From: Octopus sinensis | Lineage: Eukaryota | Length of the DNA: 13,531 nucleotides | Assembly (NCBI RefSeq): GCF_006345805.1 | Contig: NW_021826117.1 | Coordinates: 1-13,531 of the forward strand | Reading direction: 5' to 3' | Part shown: in pieces, positions 1 through 10,128 of the stretch | How the letters are laid out: each line of letters begins with the position of its first letter | Numbering within the stretch: the stretch's first letter is position 1 | The notes under the pieces: model-generated | Database searches by the model: none | What the model was told of the DNA's origin: nothing | Seen by the model: the letters and a program-made list of their open reading frames with translations, nothing else | Made by a program: the position numbers and the translations under genes

Positions 1-155
1 ATATATGTCACGTGCCCATAATTTACGCCACACATCTGGAAAATAGCATTGAATCTTACTCCTGCATTTTGGATAACATATTATTAAAACCTACAAATGT
101 ATGCGTGCGCCACGTATATATGGCGCACACACATGCCTAAATATACCTAAACATA

Positions 156-177
156 AGTATATATATATACATATGTA

Positions 178-214
<37 letters not shown>

Positions 215-330
215 ATTTACATACGTATGTATATATATATATACATACATACATACATACATATATGTATATGTATGTATATGTATGTATATGTGTACAT
301 AGACCTATAGACATACATATACACACCATC
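156..330. repeat. Compound (TA)n/(TACA)n/(TATGTA)n microsatellite
   Basis: Directly visible di-, tetra- and hexanucleotide runs; overlapping IY-rich ORFs are translations of the repeat. Confidence 0.95.
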
Positions 331-433
331 TGCTACTTTACCGGAGAGTTTGGTGTATGAGAATTTTGATGTATCGGTAATAAGGATAGTAATAGAAAAT
401 GGAAAACTGATTCGCTCATTATGTGCTTGGGTT

Positions 434-473
434 GTATATATGTATATGTATATAATACATACATATATATATG

Positions 474-523
<50 letters not shown>

Positions 524-583
524 GTGTTTTATTTTCGTAAACCTGCCTTCGTCTTGTGTTTATGTTCGTAAACCTTCCCGTAA

Positions 584-616
<33 letters not shown>

Positions 617-697
617 ACATGTAGACACATTCATATGCGAAGTTATGTATATATATGGTATGTATAAATACGTATATACATATGTGTGTATGTGTAA

Positions 698-730
<33 letters not shown>

Positions 731-790
731 TCTTATATATATATATAATGATATATATATATCGTTATTATATATATATATATATTTAAA
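434..790. repeat. (TA)n-rich microsatellite tracts with a small ~25-bp direct repeat (523-547 / 555-578)
   Basis: TA runs; TGTGTTTTATTTTCGTAAACCTGCC vs TGTGTTTATGTTCGTAAACCTTCC. Confidence 0.9.
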
Positions 791-1304
791 CATGTATATG
801 GATGTGCGCCAATGGGCTACAGTTGAAGATCGGCTGAGTGACACCTGTTTAGGGCTTCGTAGGGAAATTTTGCAGCGAAGTAGATTCCGATGACCGTGAA
901 TCGATTTTCCTACCAATTTGCGTCCATCCGCGACAAAACCTGCCGTCAATTCTGTGAATATAACCCATATGTTTATGATCCTAAACCGAAATTTCTACCA
1001 GCCACAATTTGCATTATGTGCCTGAGATATCGGATGTATATACTCTTAATGCACTGTGTAATATTTCGGAGGGTAAAGAAGGAGACTTAGGTTAATCTAC
1101 TCGAATGGCCAGAATTAATTTAAGTAAAACATTCAAGTGACTGCGTAACTATATTTTTAAATGGATATAAAGTTGCTCTCATGAATGTCACCATCGGTAT
1201 TAAATGTCAAGTGAGAAATAAGAGGAGCATTTAGATTCTCCTCCAGAAACGAAGCACTATAAATTGAAGGCTATAAAAAAGAAAAGTCTAGAAAGACAAT
1301 GACT

Positions 1305-2768
1305 GGAAAGACATGAAATATATTAGTGAACTTAACTCAAATAATCAGGATAGGGTAACCAAAAATCATATCAACACAAAATTTCGATACTTTTTAGATT
1401 TAGAAAATGAGATAAATATATGCGAATAAATAAAATTTTTGTATTATTTTGAAGGGTTGAGACATTCTGGCGTAGCTATATTGCCGCCGTCTTTCTGGTG
1501 TCACTGGATCGACGTCACTGAATCGACGTATTCGATATCAAACTTAACATGATATAGACTCATGGGCAAATCAGCCTTTGGGACCTGTTTGTAACAGAGG
1601 TCTGAAAATTAGAATTTTTATATTAGGGGCCCAACGTTCGCAATATATTTTTACTAGGCCTAAATGTGGGAACATAGGTTTGAAAATTAGAATTTTTACA
1701 TTAAATCCAAAAGATATACGGTGTATATATTTCAATAAAATTGCATTTGGGCATCACTATTTTAATTATATTCAAATTTTTTGGTCACTCGGAAGACATG
1801 AAAAATATTAGTGACCTTAACTCAAATAATCAGGATAGGGTAACCAAAAATCATATCAACACAAAATTACGATTGTTTTTAGATTTAGATAATGAGATAA
1901 ATATATGCGAATATATAACATTTTTGTATTATTTTGAAGGGTTGAGACATTCTGGCGTAGCTATATTGCCACCGCCTTTCTGGCGTCACTGAATCGACGG
2001 TGACGTATTCGATATGAAACTTAACATGATATAGACTCACGGGCAAATCAGCCTTTGGGACCTGTTTGTAACAGAGGTCTGACAATTAGAATTTTTATAT
2101 TAGAGGCTCAACGTTCGCAATATATTTTTAGTAGGCCTAAATGTAGGAACATAGGTTTGAAAATTAGAATTTTTACATTAAATCCCAAATATATACGGTG
2201 TATATATTTCAATCAAATTGCATTTAAGCATCACTATTTTAATTATATTCAAAATATTGGTCTCTCGGAAGACATGAAAAATATTAGTGGCCTTAACTCA
2301 AATAATCAGGATAGGATAACCAAAAATCATATTAACACAAAATTACGATTCTTTTTAGATTTAGATAATGAGATAAATATATGCGAATATATAAAATTTG
2401 TGTATTATTTGAAGGTTGAGACATTGTGGCGTAGCTATATTGCCGCCGTCTTTCTGGCGTCACTGAATCGACGGTGACGTATTCGATATGAAACTTAACA
2501 TGATGTAGACTCATGGGTAAATCAGCCTTTGGGATCTTACTGTTGTGGCCGAAATGTTTGTAATACAGGTCTGAAAATTAGAATTTTAATATTAGAGGCC
2601 CAACGTTCGCAACATATTTTTACTAGGCCCAATGGTAGGAACATAGATTTGAAAGTTAGAATTTTTGCATTAAATACCAAATATATACGCTGTATATATT
2701 TGAATCAAATTGCACTTGGGCATCACTATTTTAATTATCTAGAATATATTCCACATTTTTGGTCACGA
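1305..2768. repeat. Three-copy tandem repeat, unit ~476-500 bp (units start 1305, 1791, 2267)
   Basis: Each unit begins GGA(A)AGACATGAAA.ATATTAGTG..CTTAACTCAAATAATCAGGATAGG and aligns over its length, roughly 90-95% identical by eye. Each carries an internal sub-repeat TGAAAATTAGAATTTTTA(T/C)ATTA twice. Confidence 0.95.
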
Positions 2769-2845
2769 CTACATAGTATTTATTTATTGAGAGCAAGCCA
2801 CAATATTTATAGATAAGCATGTACATATATACATATACATGGACA

Positions 2846-2879
2846 GATAGATAGATAGATAAATAGATAGATAGATAGG

Positions 2880-2913
<34 letters not shown>

Positions 2914-2914
2914 T
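2846..2914. repeat. (GATA)n tetranucleotide microsatellite
   Basis: AGATAGATAGAT... run. Confidence 0.95.
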
Positions 2915-3223
2915 CCAAAATATATATGCATAAATATATACAAAAACATACAGCTAAAGATCTTATATTAAATTATTTCCTGATATACGTATCATATATA
3001 TATATTTTATTTTAGGTTTTTTTTCAAGAACACAGCAATATTTCTGCCTATGAAAGCGATTCTAAAGAGTATCAGGTGTTATGGCGGTTATTAGTATCGG
3101 TGAAGGGTAGGCCAAGTTACAACGTTGTCGGCGAAGTAGTAGGTGTATATAGCAGGAAGTATATAGGTTTTGCTGTTTTATAGTCTTACAGATTCCCTAG
3201 TTTTTATCGCTGTAATCGTATAT

Positions 3224-3224
<1 letters not shown>

Positions 3225-3268
<44 letters not shown>

Positions 3269-3483
3269 TGTGTGTGTGTGTGTGTATGTGTGTGTGTGTG
3301 TCTGTCTGTCTGTGTGTGTATGTATATCTAAGCATATTTATGTGTGTATGTAAAATATCTGTCAATATATACTCGCATTTATATATATACTTATATGTAC
3401 ACGTCTGTATATTAAATACTTGCATATATGGATCTATCTATCTATCTATATGTCTGTCTGTCTATTTCTCTCTCTCTCTCTCA

Positions 3484-3514
<31 letters not shown>

Positions 3515-3689
3515 ATATAATATATATACATATACATATATATACATATACATATATATATACATATATATTTACATATATATAATGTATATATATGTAT
3601 ATATATATATGTATTATATATATATATATTATACATATATATATATATATATTATATATATATATTATATATATATATATATGTATATT

Positions 3690-3735
<46 letters not shown>

Positions 3736-3760
3736 TACATAAATACATAAATACATAAAA
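3225..3760. repeat. Compound microsatellite region (TA)n, (GT)n, (CTGT)n, (TATC)n, (CT)n
   Basis: Directly visible simple repeats. Confidence 0.95.
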
Positions 3761-4209
3761 CATATTTATCACACAGAAAGACATACATGTAAGAATATGA
3801 ATGTATGTTATACATATATAAAAGCATAAATTTTACAAGTGTCTGTTTTATGGTTCTATAGGCGATAAGTGTTTGCGTATAAAAGTGTTAACAATCTTGC
3901 GGGTGTCTTTGCACATGCTTACATAGCTTAATATGCATGCGTGGGTTTGAACCAATGTCTGTTTTTGCGTGTACGTCTAACATCATTTGTGCGCGTTGTT
4001 CGCCTTCGTACAATTGCTTGCGTGCGTATATATGTGCCTATATGTGTGAGTATGTATTTGTATATATTTGCATATAATATATATACATGCTGTTATATAT
4101 GTGCTCACGCATTTCCATGTGTGTGACTCTTTATTACATTCCGATCGCCTGTTGAATGCAGCTGTAGCCTGTTCTAATAAATCTTTGAAAACAGGCGCAA
4201 TACTTTGCT

Positions 4210-5180
4210 CATGATGGCGGTAATAATAATGACGATGTTAGCTTTGGTACTGTTGATGTTGGTGGCTGTGGTTGTGGTGATATTGATAGGGCGTGTGGTG
4301 GTGTAGGTAGATGTGTTGGTACTTGTGATCTTGTCGTTGTAGTGGTCATAGCGTTGAAGCCAGTAGTCGAGGTGGTGGTTGTTGTAGTGATGTCCATGGT
4401 TTTTTTTTTTAGTTGGGTCCATAATGACTTTGGTCCTGGTTGTCTCTTATCTCGGAGATAGTTGTCATGGTTATGGGTTCCTATGGTGGTGGACGAGGTC
4501 ACATTCTTGTTGTTGTTTGTGCCTGTTGTGGTGGTGGTTGTGGTGGTGGTAGTGGTGGGGGTGGGGTGGTGATAGCGGCAGCACTCGTGCGGGTGCCACT
4601 GGTGGTGATGGTTGCATTTGTGTTTGTAATGGTAGCAGTCAAAACGGTGATAGTTTTGGAGGTAGTCCTGGTGGGATTGACGCAGAGGAAGCGTTTATAT
4701 ATGTACACTTGGTCGTGCTGGTATGATAGGGATAGTGAAAGTAGTAGTGGTTGGGATGATGGTGGTAGTACGGTGGTTGTTAATGGTAGTGGTGTTAGTG
4801 GTAGCGATGATGGTTCTATCCAATGTGGTGTAAACAGTGGTCGTGATAGTGATGGCAGTGGAGGTGGTAGTAGTGTTAGAGATGATGGTAGTATTGATTC
4901 AGTTAATAATGGTGGAGGTGGTGGTGGTGGAGGTAGTAGTGGTAGCGAGGATGGTAGGGATGATTGTGATAATAGCAGTGGTGGTTGTGATGGTGGAGGT
5001 GGTAGTGGTGGTGGGGTGGTGATAGGAATAATTGTGGTAATAGTAGTGGAGGTAGACGTGGTTGTGATGGTGGAGGTGGTGGTGGTGGAATTGGTGAATT
5101 TGGCTGTAGTAGCCGTAGTAATATTCTTGATTTTGTTCCTACTGGTGGTCAGTACTACGATGTGGTCATTACTACGATGA
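4210..5180. repeat. Cryptic, degenerate triplet low-complexity tract (GGT/GTA/GAT/GTT)
   Basis: G+T-skewed degenerate trinucleotides whose phase shifts along the tract; yields V/G/S-rich or T/P-rich pseudo-ORFs. Confidence 0.85.
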
Positions 5181-5319
5181 CCAGGTAACGTTTGACGCTT
5201 CATCTCTATGAGAAGAGGGAGGCGGCGATGGCCTGGAAGTGTGATACGTTATTGTTTGTGAAGAAGCTGGATAAAAATTGACTAATCATACAATAATGTA
5301 CAGAAGCAAACACTCGCTT

Positions 5320-5692
5320 GTGTGTGTATAAATATATATGTATGTATATATGTATGTATATATGTGTGTGTGCGTGTGCGTGTGTGTGTATCTGTGTGTA
5401 AATAAATATATTTATATGTATGTATGTATATATGTATATGTGTGTGTCTTGTATCTGTGTATAAATATTTATGTATGTACATATATATATATATCTATAT
5501 ATATATAATATATATATATATACATACATATATATACATTTATATATATATATATATATTTGTAAATAAATACACAGTATATGCGTGTGCGTATGTGTGT
5601 GTATTCGTTTGTGTGTGTGTTTTATATATTTATTTATGTATGTATGTATTTATGTGTGTATGAATGTATGTATAGCTATGTATACGTATATG
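5320..5692. repeat. Compound (TA)n/(TG)n/(TATG)n microsatellite
   Basis: Directly visible. Confidence 0.95.
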
Positions 5693-6107
5693 TAAGCCTT
5701 TTCTTTTCTTTTTTTTCCTCCGAAAGCCATATTTTGTGAGTATAAATCTATTTGCATCTATGAGACTAGCAAGCAATACGCCTTTCTCACCATTTTCTTC
5801 TTCTGGTTATCATCTTCTCAGCTTTCGATATTTTGACAAATGCCATGCCTTTTGTTGTAACCCGAAGGGATTTATGAAGACTGGGTACCCTTTCTAGGCA
5901 TCTATGTGATTAATTCATTTGGTTTTGTTATTTTTTAAGGCAAAGTCGTATTGCATTCTTTCCGTATTTACTTGGTCGTAACGATATGAATACTGCCGAA
6001 ATATTTATAGTGTCAAAATCGTAGTGATATCTGGTAGGTAGATGATGATGAGTTGCACAGGATTGTTGTGGTGGTTTATTTGTGTATGTTGCTTGTTAGA
6101 AACCCGG

Positions 6108-6487
6108 GGAGGCGCAATGGTCCAGTGGTTAGGGCAGCGACTCGCGGTCGTAGGATCGCGGTTTCGATTCCCAGACCGCGTTGTGAGTGTTTATGAGCGA
6201 AAACACCTAAAAAGCTCCACGATGCTCCGGCAGGGATGGTATTGATCCCTGCTGTACTCTTTCACCAACCACAACTTCTCTCACTCTTACTTCCTGTTTC
6301 TGTTGTACCTGTATTTCAAAGGGCCGGCCTTGTCACTCTCTGTGTCACGCTGAATATCCCCGAGAACTACGTTAAGGTACACGTGTCTGTGGAGTGCTCA
6401 GCCACTTACACGTTAATTTCACGAGCAGGCTGTTCGTTGATCGGATCAACCGGAACCCTCGTCGTCGTAACCGACGGAGTGCTTCCA
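6108..6487 (+). mobile_element. Apparently full-length tRNA-derived SINE (tRNA-Arg-like head; octopus OR-type by recollection)
   Basis: Pol III A box TGGTCCAGTGG (6118-6128), B box GGTTTCGATTCC (6160-6171), TCG in the anticodon-equivalent region, and tail GTGGAGTGCTCAGCCACTTACACGTTAATTTCACGAGCAGG...GACGGAGTGC. Possible decayed TSD TGTTAGAAACCC (6094-6105) / TGTTATGAACCC (6494-6505), 10/12 match. Family name is from memory. Confidence 0.8.
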
Positions 6488-6634
6488 CTCCACTGTTATG
6501 AACCCTTTTGAATCTTCTGCTTTCGAGGTTCTAATTTACCCTTCATCGAGACCCTAGTTATTGTTAGGATAAACTTTAAGGTGTTTTTTCCTCCTTAGTT
6601 CACGATGGTCATATTCTATAAATTTTGGTTTGAA

Positions 6635-6821
6635 AATTTTAGCACCAGGCCAGTAAATTCGAGGGATTGGTAAGCTGATGCCATCAAGTTACGCCAGTGC
6701 TCAACTGACACTTATTTTATTCACGCCTAAAGGACGAACTATGATGTTGCCCCCGGCGGACTAAAAAAGGGTGGAACAAAAAGTCGCTAAGCAGCTTAGC
6801 CGACGTACAAGAGCTTCTGCC
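6635..6821 (-). mobile_element. Old, diverged tRNA-SINE related to the family at 7184-7415 (duplicated at 8322-8508)
   Basis: CTTATTTTATTCACGCCTAAAGGACGAAC...CCCCGGCGGA aligns to CTTAATTTATCGACCCCG..AGGATGAAAGG..CCTCGGCGGA of the younger copies; GCTAAGCA and CTTCTGCC also match the head. Confidence 0.6.
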
Positions 6822-7029
6822 TATTTAGTTATATAAATATTGCTTTCAAATTCTGACACAATGCCAGTAATTATGTTGTTGAGGAAGGGATGGGGGCAAT
6901 TGTCAACTGTTACTTATTTTATCAAGTGGAAAAGAATAAAATACGAGGTCGACCAAGGGATGTATTCATTCAGAAGGGGAAATCAAACGGAATCCCGCTC
7001 ATCTCTCCGTCTGGCGTGCTAGTGTTTCT

Positions 7030-7183
7030 CACAGAGAGGACAAACAAGGACAGAAAAAGGGATCAAGTCGATTATATCGACCCCATTGCGTAACTGGTAC
7101 TTAATTTATCGACCCCGAACGGATGAAAGCTAAAGTCAACCTCGGCGGAATTTAAACTCAGATCGTAACGGCAGACGAAATAC
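7030..7183 (-). mobile_element. Head-truncated tRNA-SINE monomer abutting the next copy (duplicated at 8715-8867)
   Basis: Direct repeat of the neighbouring copy: GATTATATCGACCCCA.TGCGTAA.TGGTACTTAATTTATC...CCTCGGCGGAATTT...GCAGACGAAATAC. Confidence 0.8.
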
Positions 7184-7415
7184 CTATTTCTTTACTGTCC
7201 ACAAGGGGATAAACACAGAGGGGACAAACAAGAGCAGACAAACGGATTAAAACGATTATATCGACCCCAGTGCGTAAATGGTACTTAATTTATCCACCCC
7301 GGCAGGATGAAAGGCAAAGTCGACCTCGGCGGAATTTGAACAAAAGAACATAAAGGCAGACGAAATACGGCTACGCATTTCGCCCGGCGTGCTAACGTTT
7401 CTGCAGCTCGCCGTC
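7184..7415 (-). mobile_element. tRNA-derived SINE, full head (duplicated at 8868-9099)
   Basis: Minus strand reads GACGGCGAGCTGCAGAAACGTTAGC (A-box-like) ... GTTCAAATTCC (B box; plus 7331-7341), followed by GCCGAGGTCGACTTTGCCTTTCATCC..GGGG..GATAAATTAAGTACC, a central motif I recognise from octopus SINEs. Confidence 0.8.
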
Positions 7416-7512
7416 TTATGTTTTCCCACAAATATCTATGCATAAATATCGTGTAAATGTCTTACATGAGGATTCTAATTCTGGTAAGGGCTATACTTAT
7501 TTAGCGGAAACT

Positions 7513-7822
7513 CATAGGTTAGTGGTTAGGGAGTTGAACTAGTGACTGAGTGGTATTAGGGGCACAACCCGGCAGACGGGGATCTGGTGAAAATCCTCGG
7601 AGTGTCTGTTTCGGCAACCGGTGGTTGTGGTTTCGATTCCTAGACCGGGTGACGCGTTGTATTCTTGAACAAGCCACTTCATTTCACGTTGCTCCTATCC
7701 ACTCAAAAACGAATAACCCTTCGACAGACATGTGTCCCGTCCAGGAGGAGAATTCATACGCCATGGAAATCATAGAAACCGGGAAACCGGCCCGTATGAG
7801 TCGGCATGACCTGGCAACATAA
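7513..7822 (+). mobile_element. tRNA-derived SINE with an 80-bp foreign insert between A and B boxes (duplicated at ~9197-9506)
   Basis: A-box-like TAGTGGTTAGG (7520-7530) and B box GGTTTCGATTCC (7629-7640) match the head at 6108-6175; a CORE-like body follows (GTATTCTTGAACAAGCCACTTCATTTCACGTTGCTCC). Insert at 7545-7624. Confidence 0.75.
7545..7624 (+). other. 80-bp templated insert, exact reverse complement of 10311-10390 (second copy 9229-9308)
   Basis: 80/80 identity checked base by base. Confidence 0.95.
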
Positions 7823-8073
7823 CTTCGTCTTGTTTAGCTATACTTGTTTTGTGGTTTGTAGCTTACTGATTTGCTAGATGTTTTCATGTCGATTTTCCTT
7901 GATTTAAGCAGCGCTTTATTGCGTAGCCCTAGACTATTTACTGGGTGCAAAAAGAAGTCGGCTGTCTGTAATATTTCCTGTATTGAAATGAATTGATTTT
8001 CGATTTGATAAATTCGATTGACTTTATTTACCAGTTCAATTCTCTCTCATTCTTTCTCTACATCGGAAATATT

Positions 8074-8173
8074 TGTGGAGTGCTCAGCCACTTACACGTT
8101 AATTTCACGAGCAGGCTGTTCCGTTGATCGGATCAACCGGAACCCTCGTCGTCGTAACCGACGGAGTGCTTCC
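8074..8173 (+). mobile_element. 3' fragment of the SINE at 6108-6487, carried by the tandem duplication
   Basis: Matches 6388-6487 apart from one extra C. Confidence 0.85.
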
Positions 8174-9760
8174 ACTCCACTGTTATGAACCCTTTTGAAT
8201 CTTCTGCTTTCGAGGTTCTAATTTACCCTTCATCGAGACCCTAGTTATTGTTAGGATAAACTTTAAGGTGTTTTTTCCTCCTTAGTTCACGATGGTCATA
8301 TTCTATAAATTTTGGTTTGAAAATTTTAGCACCAGGCCAGTAAATTCGAGGGTTGGTAAGCTGATGCCATCAAGTTACGCCAGTGCTCAACTGACACTTA
8401 TTTTATTCACGCCTAAAGGACGAACTATGATGTTGCCCCCCGCGCGACTAAAAAAGGGTGGAACAAAAAGTCGCTAAGCAGCTTAGCCGACGTACAAGAG
8501 CTTCTGCCTATTTAGTTATATAAATATTGCTTTCAAATTCTGACACAATGCCAGTAATTATGTTGTTGAGGAAGGGATGGGGGCAATTGTCAACTGTTAC
8601 TTATTTTATCAAGTGGAAAAGAATAAAATACGAGGTCGACCAAGGATGTATTCATTCAGAAGGGGAAATCAAACGGAACCCGCTCATCTCTCCGTCTGGC
8701 GTGCTAGTGTTTCTCACAGAGAGGACAACAAGGACAGAAAAAGGGATCAAGTCGATTATATCGACCCCATTGCGTAACTGGTACTTAATTTATCGACCCC
8801 GAACGGATGAAAGCTAAAGTCAACCTCGGCGGAATTTAAACTCAGATCGTAACGGCAGACGAAATACCTATTTCTTTACTGTCCACAAGGGGATAAACAC
8901 AGAGGGGACAAACAAGAGCAGACAAACGGATTAAAACGATTATATCGACCCCAGTGCGTAAATGGTACTTAATTTATCCACCCCGGCAGGATGAAAGGCA
9001 AAGTCGACCTCGGCGGAATTTGAACAAAGAACATAAAGGCAGACGAAATACGGCTACGCATTTCGCCCGGCGTGCTAACGTTTCTGCCAGCTCGCCGTCT
9101 TATGTTTTCCCACAAATATCTATGCATAAATATCGTGTAAATGTCTTACATGAGGATTCTAATTCTGGTAAGGGCTATACTTATTTAGCGGAAACTCATA
9201 GGTTAGTGGTTAGGGAGTTGAACTAGTGACTGAGTGGTATTAGGGGCACAACCCGGCAGACGGGGATCTGGTGAAAATCCTCGGAGTGTCTGTTTCGGCA
9301 ACCGGTGGTTGTGGTTTCGATTCCTAGACCGGGTGACGCGTTGTATTCTTGAACAAGCCACTTCATTTCACGTTGCTCCTATCCACTCAAAAACGAATAA
9401 CCCTTCGACAGACATGTGTCCCGTCCAGGAGGAGAATTCATACGCCATGGAAATCATAGAAACCGGGAAACCGGCCCGTATGAGTCGGCATGACCTGGCA
9501 ACATAACTTCGTCTTGTTTAGCTATACTTGTTTTGTGGTTTGTAGCTTACTGATTTGCTAGATGTTTTCATGTCGATTTTCCTTGATTTAAGCAGCGCTT
9601 TATTGCGTAAGCCCTAGACTATTTACTGGGTGCAAAAAGAAGTCGGCTGTCTGTAATATTTCCCTGTATTGAAATGAATTGATTTTCGATTTGATAAATT
9701 CGATTGACTTTATTTACCAGTTCAATTCTCTCTCATTCTTTCTTCTACATCGGAAATATT
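8074..9760. repeat. 1.69-kb tandem duplication, copy 2
   Basis: Starts TGTGGAGTGCTCAGCC (as at 6388) and ends CATCGGAAATATT (as at 8073). Confidence 0.97.
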
Positions 9761-10128
9761 AAACATGCGTTAAGAAAGAAGGCAGCTTATAGAAAAAAGC
9801 CAAAGTTGATGCCTTCACAACACGTCCCGTGTTTCGTGTCCATCATCACAAACTCTCATGAATGTAGAGCAATGACCAAAAGTGGACGATCGCTAATACA
9901 AGCGACCGTAAATCGGGGTTGCTCAGAAGATGTCTAAAGTAAAGACGTCGGACAGGGTTTGTTCCTCGGATATCAGTAAGTCTCTCCGGATCAAGCTGCA
10001 ACAACTCTGCATTGAAAGATCACATCCTCATTGTAAAGGGTATGTGAAAAGAATGTGATACGAATGATGCAGAGGGCTTCTTCAAACTAAACCACTAGGT
10101 AGGCGACCTAGCAGTAAACCAAACACAT

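Larger units (their letters stand above)
6388..8073. repeat. 1.69-kb tandem duplication, copy 1
   Basis: Aligns end to end with 8074-9760; about 11 differing sites, essentially all 1-nt indels. Confidence 0.97.

Noticed and set aside
105-128. Perfect 8-bp hairpin GTGCGCCA-N8-TGGCGCAC, with a similar 9-mer near 803-811
   Set aside because: Too short to separate from chance; no TSD or terminal signature of a MITE or Helitron.
101-893. IY/YI-rich ORFs here and in the other TA tracts
   Set aside because: They are translations of (TA)n/(TG)n repeats.
790-1090. GC-richer island with short ORFs on both strands as a possible exon
   Set aside because: No recognisable protein motif in any frame I translated, and no convincing splice-site pair.
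1305-2768. CRISPR array or hammerhead retrozyme
   Set aside because: The units are long with no unique spacers, the context is eukaryotic, and no CTGANGA/GAAA core was found.
1578-2816. Repeated ORFs (MGPVCNRGL...) within the 480-bp units
   Set aside because: They use non-ATG starts, stops differ between units, and no motif is recognisable.
6108-6175. tRNA gene
   Set aside because: A and B boxes are present, but there is no intact cloverleaf or acceptor stem and the sequence continues into a SINE body.
9761-10090. Possible decayed coding sequence
   Set aside because: Six-frame reading gave no recognisable TE or host protein motif.
10095-10111. CTAGGT-N5-ACCTAG hairpin next to the element's 3' flank (Helitron end?)
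   Set aside because: The CTAG is part of the stem rather than lying downstream of a hairpin; the stem is only 6 bp.
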